This document shows positions 50,401 to 61,700 of a DNA stretch of 64,000 bases, one piece after another. This stretch comes from Pocillopora damicornis (taxonomy: Eukaryota): assembly GCF_003704095.1 (NCBI RefSeq), contig NW_020846005.1, positions 310,001-374,000 on the forward strand, in the 5' to 3' direction. Numbering within the stretch: the first letter of the stretch is position 1; each line of letters begins with the position of its first letter. The position numbers were made by a program, and so were the translations under genes. The notes beneath the pieces were generated by a model. It saw only the letters and a list, made by a program, of their open reading frames with translations, did not search any database and was not told the DNA's origin.

Positions 50401-50964
50401 ATGACGTCATCGAACTCACCATGAGGAAGTTAAGATACAATTTTTGATCGAAAATACTTTTAATAGGCAAGGTCTGGTAAACATGTTTTTCGAAAATACG
50501 TTCAATGGCGCGTAACAACGAATTTCCGGCCTTCCCACAAGGGGGGTTCATTTTAGGAGCAGTTTTGGAAATCAACTATGATTTACGAGATTTTTTAAGC
50601 ACATTTTATCTGTTTTCTTCATGAATTCTCTTAACCTTCCAGTTCCTACCCTATCTCAGGCCATAAAACTAACCTTTTAAATAAAAATTTTTCATTTTAT
50701 ACCTAAAGAAAGACATTTTGCAAGGCGAAATGTATCGCACATTTTTGTTGTTTTGATAGTATGGAAGTGGGATAACGGTTCAATCACGCATCAGTTGTCC
50801 TGTGCTACACTACAGAAGGATAATCAAGGTTTCATGCTACCATGAATTTTATGGAAGGAATATGACTTAACCGCAAATTATTGCAGCTCTGAGAAAGGAG
50901 ACAGCTTTCAAGCGGTGGGTAGCGCCTACTAAAGACACGTTATCTGTCTTGTTTAATTGATGAA

Positions 50965-51103
50965 GGGGGTAAGTTTCTAAAGAAACTATGTTGCTGTGTC
51001 GGTGGGAGAGTATAACAAGGTTATTTGGTTATGTCAACTGAATGATAACGTAAATTTGCCACCGTAAAGAGTTTTAAAGCCTACGTTTTGAGCGTCAGAG
51101 CGA
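50965..51103 (-). mobile_element. Foldback interspersed element, copy 2 (one arm plus tail, opposite orientation)
   Basis: GGGTAAGTTTCTAAAGAAACT.TG.TGCTG.GTCGGTGG.AGAGTATAACA...TCAACTGA..GATAACGTAAATT.GCCACCGTAAAGAGTTT is the reverse complement of 32060-32168. Confidence 0.8.
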
Positions 51104-54100
51104 TTGATCTTAAGCTCAGTAAATAAATTCCACAAGTCCAAACCACTGGGAGAAGGGAGAGGGAAGGTTTGACATAATGCTGTGGCTTGTTTCAAGTCCT
51201 AGAGGGGAGGGAGGGTGGGATAGTGCCGTTGCTCTTTCCAGGTCTTAGAGAGCAAAGGAAGGGTCAGACAATGTTGTTACATGTATCAGGTCTTTTATTA
51301 CGGTTACATTGGCGCTCCCCGGCCTAGCGAGATAAACCCTCGTATTTCTCTTTGGAATCGGTAGTCGCATATTCCACCACCAGGGATAAGTCAGTATCAG
51401 TAGCCCTTTCTCTTCCACTTCTCGGAAAAAGACAGTGAAAGATGTGGAATTCTCACTTCCCGAGTAAAAGTGTGCTTTGCAGCTCATATATGATAAATAT
51501 GTCTTTGACAGAGGCGAATTTTTCCGGTGAGAACGCAAATATGGCAGAAGACGTGATCGTGATTCCTATATCTAAAAATTTTGAATCGATATCTGGCAAG
51601 GTTTTGGCGAAGAACACTCATGAAGAAGCGATTGGTATCTGAGGCTCTCCTTTGATATCGCATTATATGGCAGAACTCATTGGAGTTCTACAGTATCTGA
51701 GTAGGCTGTGACTGACGGTTTTTGCAAATAGAACGATTTCTGCTTTAATCAAGTAGCAGACAATAATCTCTAAAATGTTACTAGTTTTACGGGGTTTTGT
51801 TTCAAACTGTCCCTTAAATTTCTACAGATTCACAAATACTCGACAGATGGAAAAGAAAAATATTAAATTATACCGGATCAGAATTAATTCTTACTTGGTA
51901 CACCTGCACACTCATCTTTTTATAATCAGTGAGGCCAGAAAGGAAACAGCTTTTGTTGTGTGTAATGGAAATAAAATTATAATCCTTTTTTTATCGCTGG
52001 CAAGGCACTTCATGGGCATGCGTGAAATCAGTAGTTTTACTGAAATGAACACATCTGTCAAATTTTTTGCCGTGGGTGAGGAGAAATTGTTAGTCACTTT
52101 AGAAACAGGAAGACGATTATTGTAGGAGCATAAAATGCCAAGTTCATAGATGATATGACTGGTTTTATTGGTTTCACGGGGGCTTGTCAAGACCTGATTT
52201 ATCCATTTTCGGTGGAATTGATGTTGCCGTATATTTGCAATATAGAAGCTTTCCCAGTCTCTCGCCTGAAACCTTGCAGAGCTTGAAGTCGCAAATATTG
52301 CAGCTGCTCGAAATAAACATGTCCAAAGTCTCTCAAGTCTATTTCGGTTAAACCCTTCAAAAAGAAAGGAACAAATCAAACGCTTTCGACAAAGATGAGA
52401 AAGATGTAAGCTAAGAGAAGGAGCAACTCTTTGCGTAAAAGGGAGAATTTTATCGAGTAGCAAAATCATGATAGACACAGATTGTAGGTCGTTGAAAGTA
52501 ATGAACATATTTTACGTAGGGAATGCCACACCGCTTCTTCGGAAAATTCACGAGCCTTCCATTCAATTCGGTTACTCTCGTTTGATTTAAATAACAGCAA
52601 GTTGATCAAGATAATCATAAAATACAAGACAATTCATCATCAGTTCTAACGTTTTCTTCATTTCAAAGTTTTCGTTATCGACTTAGTACAGCGTATAACA
52701 CTCATTAAATTTTATTTCAGCTGAGTTATCTTTAAAATTCTCTATCAAACTGCTTACTATTCAACACGCCTTTGTTTCTACGAGATGTGGAACAAAAGAC
52801 TTTCTTTTGGGCAAAAAAGCAAGTGATGCTATGGGAAAAACCCTGTGAAGTCTGCATCAGGATAGGACTCATACGAGTAATTGAAAATGCAGCGCTTGGA
52901 ACGTGTGCAAAAACCGTCAATTTAAGTGCCATGTTCAAGTTATATTCTGCCATAAATCTCTTGTAATCTGTAATACGGATCAAGATTTTAGACCCCTTAG
53001 ACAGACTTAGCGGGAAACTTGGAGTCCGGACACAGTTGAAAGGATACAATCTGCCCGGCTTTGTTTGGCGCGCTATATGACGTTTTTAAATACAGGCTAT
53101 GAAGACACTACCATCAGAATCCCAGCGTGCAATTTAGTATGTGGTAATCACAATTTTTTTCCTTTAAAGCCAAATATTTTATAACCTGATAGAGACAAAT
53201 CGAGACCGCTTTACTTGCGAACGGAAAAAATAAAGAAATTAGGCGTTATGGGGTGGTAAATATTCCATGGTGGGCAATTATTTTCTGTCATCTTAAGCTG
53301 ACATACGTCCCACAAGTTGCATATTTTCTTTAGGCGTAATAAATCGTGAAAATTCTTGTACAAAAAATGTCTAAATCGTTAAAGTTACTCCGCATTAGTG
53401 CGGCTAACACAACAGGGTCGCCAATAAAACAACATCAGTGTAGATTTTTTGGCTAATGACTGGCAGTTCTTGATCTTTTAAAACTCTTTTAAGTGATTGA
53501 TCAACGCTGATTTGATTCAGGAACGCCGACGTTGAGGAAGAAGGTAAATTGAAATACCTGAAATCAAAATATTGAATTTTGAAAGATCGATTGTGCTTTG
53601 GAGTGTTAGTTCCGTAGAATACAGTGCACCTGGCACTCGATCTTTTCACAATAGCGCCTCATGAAACTTCACAAAAGAAGCTGAACCGCATTTCACATTA
53701 AAATCCATTTATGTGCAAACGTATGACCTATGCTTTTAAAAAGAATCTTAAAATCGCATTTGGCAGGCGCATAGCTAAAATTTTTAGCGCTCTTATAAAG
53801 TTCAAAGAAAAAAAGACTTGAGGCAGGCGAAACAAAACGTTGAATTGTGAACTGAGCATGTGCGATTGAAAGCATGATAGCTGAATAGTTATGATTCCAA
53901 GCCAAGCGGTCAAGGTTATTGTAATGCCTAAAATATTTGTTACACACCAAGATTTGAAAGTGTTACAAGAGGAAAAAGAAATCTTGGAACCGCAATGAAA
54001 AAAATTGTGAATGTGGGATATTAGTGGTCGTTTTTCAGATAGTTGGCGCGATCTCATAGATGGCAGACTTACTCTTCCGCGGGCTAAAAATAACATAATG

Positions 54101-55386
54101 TAAGATTCTATTTCAATAGAGACATTACCGGGGTAATTAAAAAGATCTTACAAGGAATCTCCGCAGTGCACTAACGATGTAAAAGTTAAAATCTTAGTTG
54201 CAGACATGGAGGGCGCGCTTACGCTTGGAGCGTAGCGTCGAAAACTGTTTGGAGCTGTATGGGTGTTGTGTTGACTAGAAACCTCTTTTGTGTATCGCAG
54301 CAGGAAGCTAAGTCTTATTAAAATGTGAAATCTATTCAAATCGTATATTTACGGTTCATTGAAGTTACGCTCTGTTCGCAATGACCAGTTGATACGCTTA
54401 ACAACAGTGAGTAAACTGCGGCAAAGACAGTGACATCTCATTCGTATGAAAACGCTTTCTGGTTGAGTACCCCAATTGATACACAAACTTCCTACGCTAG
54501 AAAATGGCAAACACTTCGTGAGGACGAATGCAAAATAAGTCCATAGACAAAGAAAATCGATTGAGATGATTTATAAACTATTCAGAGTTGGAGTTTTCTG
54601 GTTGCTGACATAAAGGCAGAAGATGAAAAGGTTATAATGATGAAAAATTACGACGATGAATGAAATATATAACCTCTTTCAATATTTTGAGCTGAAGACT
54701 GATGAATATGAAGGAATACCCGCTGGATCGCGATACGGCAAAAAGAAACAACTGAGTTTGTTTTCTGCTGTACTCACAAAAGTGTATTGGAAAAATGGCT
54801 CGCAAAACACAGGAGGTCTTCCGTGTCCTCTTACAGTTTAGATAACGGGTACATAATCAGAACTACTCAAATAATTCACTACACAAAAACGGTTACAAAT
54901 TATCAAACCAGTGAATTACCTTTTTGAGGTGAAAGAATAAAACTTAATTTTGAAGCCGCAAAATTAGCGATGTTAAAATAGTGATAACGGTGTTGAATTA
55001 TGAAACAGGCCTGGGGCAAAAAATTCAAACGTGTGGGAACGTTTTGTTCCTCCATCTGGAAAAAAAAAAGAGACGATTCACTTCAATCCATTGTTCGTCG
55101 TACGATGATTAACTTAATACGATTTAATTTTAATTACTGATGAAGCGTGTGTCGTATTGTAAGCCCAGAAACCCCAGTGCGACATTTTCAAATTCACCAG
55201 ACACTTCCTAGATAAGTAGAAAGCCTGGCTTCTAATTGAAGCCCTGGGAGATTTCCACCTAGTTGCTCCGAGTGAACTACAGTACTGCACGTCGAGCGCC
55301 GCAGCTCTTTCACGGTGCGCTGGTCCCAGTGTACTAATCTCGATCGCTGATTCGATTAATCCATAATTTGACCACAAAGAGCAGAG

Positions 55387-55404
55387 CCCGCCCCAGCCTA
55401 TAAG
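55387..55404 (+). promoter_or_regulatory. Anthox6 core promoter: GC box plus TATA-like element
   Basis: CCCGCCCC 55387-55394 and TATAAG 55399-55404, about 90 bp upstream of the ATG. Confidence 0.6.
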
Positions 55405-55492
55405 TTTTACTCATCACGGTCCATTTCCAAATTCATCAATTTCAGCCAAGACTTGCCGCAGCAGTTGGAACGTACGGTAGAAAATCGACGAT

Positions 55493-55838
55493 ATGATGGA
55501 CGACTGGCGCCGTAGGATGCCTACTCCACACTTGACGACCGCCATGCCGCATTACCACGGGCTTGATTTTGGACGTACGATGCCACTTCGACATCCGCCG
55601 GCAACAGCACACGGTAGAGGTGCCTTTGACACTTCGCCTCAAAGCTTCATTCCGTTTTCTCATCCACTGGCTCCCATACCAATACCAATGGCTAGTAGAG
55701 AGCTGCCGATCGCGCCATCTTCCTCACTTGCCTCCCCACAAATACCAGCCTCTTCCACTGACAGCTCAAGGCAGCAGAACGTGGAGAAGAAACGTTGGCA
55801 AACTGCTAATTTTCGATGGATGTTTACGAAAAGAAAAG
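55493..55838 (+). CDS. Anthox6: Hox gene Anthox6/HoxA (PG1/labial-like), coding exon 1
   Basis: MMDDWRRRMPTPHL...TANFRWMFTKRK, with a labial-type F.WM hexapeptide. Donor AAAG|GTAAAA after 55838 (phase 1). Confidence 0.82.
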
Positions 55839-58349
55839 GTAAAAGATGATTTAAGTGTCGAAGTCGGACATTATGAGAACGAATATGGTTTTTGCATGCA
55901 GTAAAACCCCTGCTTGCAATGGATACAATACTTACAGTTGTCACTCAACTAGTTTACCGCCATGTTTCTACATCATTACATATTAGTTTGTATGTTTAGT
56001 CACTAGCGAGCACATTAAATGCTGCGCAAATTATACAGATAAAAATCTGGTGTACATCACTCTTTCTTTAGACTAAAAACGAACAGATTGACAATTAATT
56101 CCTGTTTTTAAAAATACATAAGATTTTGTGGGAAGCCAATCTCGCAATAAGAGTGCAAATTTTTAAAAAGTTCGAATTTCAACCATTTCGAGCGTACAAC
56201 GACATTCGCTTTGCTCATGATACCTTACCTTTGATAGTTCCATGCCCCATTGATCTCTTTAGTTTGATGAAAAGAAAGATCGTATTTTGTTTTAACATAT
56301 TTTAATCATATGGTTACGAATGAACAAGAATCGGTAACACACAGACATATTGATTATTTTTCCAAATAAACATGCCAGCTCAAAAAAATTCAAGTTTTGT
56401 AACGAAATTAACCGTTTGAAGGACCAAAAATTTTAAGTCCTTTCTAGAAAACAAAGGTCAGATTTGAAGTAAGGAACACAGCCATTCCCTCAGGGAGGAG
56501 CGGTTGATGTAGTACATTATGCTCTCCATTGGAAAGATGACAGAATATAATCTATAAATCAAAATAAGCAATGAACTCGATTTCAGAATTCATCGAGTTA
56601 ATCAATGTACATCGATCAAAGTACACGTCAGGAAGGCATTACAAACTTCATGTCGCTTCAAAAGAACGCAAAATTCTAAAAATCGATACCAAAAATGAAA
56701 AGAATAAAATTTATCTAGTTTGATTGAGTTAGTTAGTTAGTTTCACCTGCTCTTATGGTTGTTTATTTACGCAAAAACAGGAACTCCTTCTCGGCATATT
56801 TCGATTAAAAGCTGTAAATTGGTAATTTATTTTTCAAGAGGTTGACTGACACTAGTGAGTTTTTGTAATTACTTTGGCTTCGATATAATGTATTAATTGA
56901 ACTCTTAGATGAGTCACCCATTTTCAGTGTGAGCTCAACGTAAAATAGAGTCACTCGACAGCAATCCTATCGAAATCTTTTAAACTGATTCTCTATAAAT
57001 TGATACTCAGAAGGAACATTCACGGGGGTTTTGTGTAATAAACGAACAACAACCTGCAGGCTTCTTTGAAAATTGCTCGGAGCTTATGTTAGTTTTACTA
57101 TGTTTTTTGGCCGGCTAGAAAGCCAGTAAACATTAAATCAAGTTGAGAGCTAGGCTTTACTTGTGGAAATACGTGCTGTGTTTCAAACTGACATTTGAAG
57201 TTCAAAACACTACTCTACTCGTGCAGCATGGCTGCCATCATATTTCTTGTACCACCCATGTTTCCCAACACCTTTGGCAAACTCCGTCAAAACAATACAA
57301 TTCTTACTCGACTCTCAAACATTTTAGTTTATACAGAAATAAATGAGAAAATAGCTTTTAAATGTAGTGATTTAGGTCAACAAAGATATCTGCAAAAGCC
57401 TTGATTTAGACCATTACTCACAGAGGCATTTCGTCGAGAACACTAATTGAAAATTCTTGCCACATCGATCATTCTAAACACGAGTACTTTCAAACTTGAC
57501 ATACATCACTTAAATGCAATTTATAGAATGATGGATAAATTGTCGATATTTAACTTAGCTGTGTAGGACTTAAGTTTGACTAGAAGCGATTATCAGAGAA
57601 CTATCACCCTAATTGTGTTCTCCATGCATTTCTGAGATTTCTTCCTGTGACACGGGTTTGAGCGGCAAGACAAAGACGAGATAGCCTTTTCACTGATCTA
57701 CCAGCATTCATCTTAATACCTGTTCATTTAAACTAGACGTCTTTAAATAACGGACTCAAAATCGTTTATTAGCACCTAAACCACAAACTCATATTAAAGA
57801 GAGAGATAGAAAACTTTCAATATTATTTCTGGAGCGCACTCGTATTTGCAAACTCAGAGAACGACCCTTTCATTTGTAGTTTATGTTTGTTCTTCATTGC
57901 TCTCCTAAATTATCGCGTTAGCCCGCTTTGTCTTGCTACGTCGATTCATCATTTTTGAATCAAGCATGAAAAGGTCAAGTTATCTCTAGTCTCATCGCCC
58001 ACATCCGAAACAGTTTAATTCACTTTAAACATTGCGGCTCCAACACAACTTTGCTTCTCCATCCAAACTGATCTTGGTGAAACCAAAGCAGAGATTGAAC
58101 AAAATATTGATAGAATCGATCCAAAAACGTTTGGTAGATTCGAACAGATCGGTAATCTGTAAGGATCTTTAGGTAATCGAAGAAGAGCTCTAAATAACGA
58201 AATATGGAAATTTCTTTTTGACACCTGAAATTGTGTGCGGTTTGGTTTGATGCATGAATGCTTTCAAACTGACACCTAAGAACCCAAAGGCAAGATTTGG
58301 AATAGTAAACGAGTGTGCTAAAAGGAATTTCTTTCGGTTTTTCTTGCAG

Positions 58350-58774
58350 CTGCAGTAACAAGTGTCTCGGAAAAAGAGGAAGCAAGCTCTGACAAGAAGC
58401 AAGAAACGACAGCAAGTCAAAAGAAGAGGTTCACCTTCACACAAAGACAACTGGTTGAATTGGAGAAGGAGTTCCACTTTAGCAAATATCTTACAAGGAC
58501 AAGACGAATTGAAATAGCATCCAACTTGGAACTTACAGAAACACAGATTAAAATATGGTTTCAAAATCGGCGAATGAAGTGGAAAAGAGAACTTAAAGAG
58601 TCTATTCGAAAACAGGGAGTAAACGAGTCACCAGCGGCTCAATTTAACCCTGGGTTTCATCAAGGTTTCCAGAGGTCCCTTCGAGATAGTGTTCCTTCCT
58701 ATCAACAAAGTGCCCCAGAAATTTTTGTCCAACATGCGACACCTCCATATTTTCCAAACTATCTATCGCTTTAA
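58350..58774 (+). CDS. Anthox6: Hox gene Anthox6/HoxA, coding exon 2 (homeobox 58415-58594)
   Basis: Acceptor TTTTTCTTGCAG ending 58349. Homeodomain [60 protein letters not shown] is the anthozoan Anthox6 type. TAA at 58772-58774. Spliced product 256 aa. Confidence 0.92.
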
Positions 58775-61700
58775 TCTTCAAAATATCAGAACTCTAAATG
58801 AATTTGACTCGAAAAGCATATAAGTTAACACGAAGATATATCGATTTAAGGTACCTCTTCCAACTGATAAAGGTTTAACTGTGCAAAAGATCACAAAAAA
58901 TACAGTATGATGTTATTCTTCTAGACTATTTCTCACAGGCAAATAATTTTTGAGTTTCCATAGCCAGAGCAGCAAAAGCGTCCCCCTAATTGAAGAGCAT
59001 TTTAAGCTGAAGTGAACATCTGATAAAATCTTATCAAAACAAAACATACAAAGAGCTGAACAAAACCAAAGGGATTAGAAAGGAAATGGCACTTTAAAAA
59101 AAAAAACTACCAAGTACAAAAACTGCGCCTTTACAAAGAAAATCTATACCTTTGGTCGACAAGTTTGGATTTTCGCTCCAGCTTAGCCCCTAAGGAAGAT
59201 CATTAACAGGTCCACATCGTGAACAACGAGATAACACAAGAACCACAATCTGCCACCCAGCCAAATGGAACGCATCAAGATCATTTCTGTGCACTATATG
59301 GGAAACCGAGTGAGGCTTGGCGGTGTAAAACTCGGCAACATTGTTTATTAGAATATTCCATCATTTCTTTTCATTTAGGCTGTCAGCCTGTTGTTACTTT
59401 CAGTTGATCTAGCTGTTCCGTCGAGTTGTCTTTGATATGAAGGAAGCACAGTCATTAGTCACTGTCTCTGTGTATTGTGTTTCGAACAAAAGGGTGGTAA
59501 CCCCATGGACATCAGACATGCGCCCCATCAGTTAAGATGGATCACTGGGTCGGCATTACAACGAAACGTTTTGATGCAGGTGTGCAAAGACAACACAGAA
59601 CACAGGAATACTACAACTGGACAAAAGCTCTTCTGGGAACTCAAAGCTTTTTGTTTACATTCCTTCTTAATTTCTGAACCTACAAATCTTGACAACCTAA
59701 CAATATTTTTCAAATAGACTGCAGAGAACTTATGTAAAAATACAAAGATATGCCATATCTATATATAAAGATTTGCCAATGAATATTAGTTGAACATATC
59801 AAATGTATATAAATCGTAAATCAAAGCGAAATAAAGTCAACTACTCTATAACATCATTAGTGAATCTCTTTTTCTTTGCCGCTCCTTTGTTAAGACAATG
59901 ACGTCAGTCACGAAGAGTAATATATATCTATAATATTTAGATCTAAAAAAAAATTGTTCCATCTTCCGAACATTCTCGATGATTGGACCTCTAGATGTTA
60001 CAGAAGGTCCGACAAACAGCAAATCACGAAAGTAAATTTGATCATAGTAGAACAATTTTTTTGTGAAACAATTCTAACAGTCGATAAAATTGTGAAACAA
60101 TTATAAAGACTGCCAGAGAACACTAAAGATTTCAGTTACTCAGAAATATTTCTTCTTTCGTTGATGACCATATTTTAGAGAGACAAAAGGTTTTTGACAT
60201 AATCGAGATTACTCTTGATTAAATTAAGATCGATATAATTAAATTTTACCACGTTCTCCATGTAATGGAATGAAGTTTCATAGGCTGAGACGCAAGACAA
60301 TATTTTCTCACAAGGGGGTGTAGAATATAAGCAACCACAGGAAACTCGATTTTAGGTAATGTTAACACTTCTATTACTCCTGAAACCTTTTATCAGAAGA
60401 TACCAGTGAAATAAATGATGATGCAAGGATCATAATAATTTAATAAACTTATTTAAAATATTAGCTTCAAATTTTTTTAGATGATGTTATAAGTATCGAC
60501 AGATGATCAATATAAAAAGAACCGTTAAATTTGAAGTAATTTCCATTTTCGTCTCATTCTTGCCACAGCTGTCGTGTTCTTTGAAAACTTTTATCAGAAA
60601 AAGAATGTTCAGCACTTACATGTTTAGAATTTAATTATCAGGGACTTGTGGTTTATCGTTGTGTTATTCTATTGTTGTTGATTTCTGAACCGTTTTCGCC
60701 GACACCGCAAACTTTTTCGCTCCTGCACGCGAATTTTCTTAATCACGTATGTTTCTAAAAGGTGGTCCTCTGAGAGGTATTAATCGTCGAATCGTGCAAA
60801 AATGAGGTCATTCCAAGCTCAGAGACGATGCAAACTTGCAATTGACATTTTTAATCCATCTTTTTAGTTTGAGAGAATTTATGATGCAAAGCGACCGCGC
60901 TGTGTCTTGTAAGGCACGCGAATCCACTTCAGCGCAGCTGAGCTCATTGCAGAAGCTAAATGATCATTTGAAGTCCATGTAACAAGTGCTATTTTCTAAA
61001 CAGTCACTCTTTACTTTGCAATTATGAATTTCCGGTTCTGATTAACAGAACAACACGCCACAAAAGATATGTGTTTTGTAGCAAAAATGGTATAATAGAT
61101 GTCCGCGAGCGAAATATGCTTATCAAAGTCATCGATCATATATCTTTCAAAATGGAATAACTATGAAATTTAAACCGCTGGAGGGCAGAAACCAACCAAT
61201 TGTGAAAGACGAACGTGTTCTATCTATGATTTAAAACCGTTAATAAAGATGATTTATAAAAACTAAAATCCACTTTGGAAAACAGCACTTTGATGAAAAG
61301 TATGGCAATTTTTTTTCTAGCTTCTAATTATACAATATATCTTCATTATTTACTCTTTGCTCAGAGTCCAAAGGTCTGTAAATGCCGGCCTTGGCAGTTA
61401 GAAGGGTAAAGCCCTTCTCATTGGGGGGGCTAGTTATTCAACGAAGAAAGCGCGTCTTGAATTCAACTGTCTTATTCACTGGATAAGGGAACCAAAATTT
61501 AGGAAACTATTTTCCTAAATTTCTTGACATACAAGGTAAATATCTTTATTAGCTTACAGTAAGTAATAAAAGTGCACTTTGAATGTTTGAGTTTTAAATT
61601 CGGTCAAGTCTCTCTCAGCATGAGGTCTGTTTGTTAATAAGAGACCTCGTGAAGCAAGCCGCCTACCTCAGAAGATAACTAAATAAATTTTGAAAACATA

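Noticed and set aside
51912-52508. Longest ORF in the track (198 aa, minus strand)
   Set aside because: No recognisable domain; composition resembles translated non-coding DNA.
61495-61522. 12-bp AT-rich hairpin AAATTTAGGAAA-CTAT-TTTCCTAAATTT
   Set aside because: Short, AT-rich and without supporting context.
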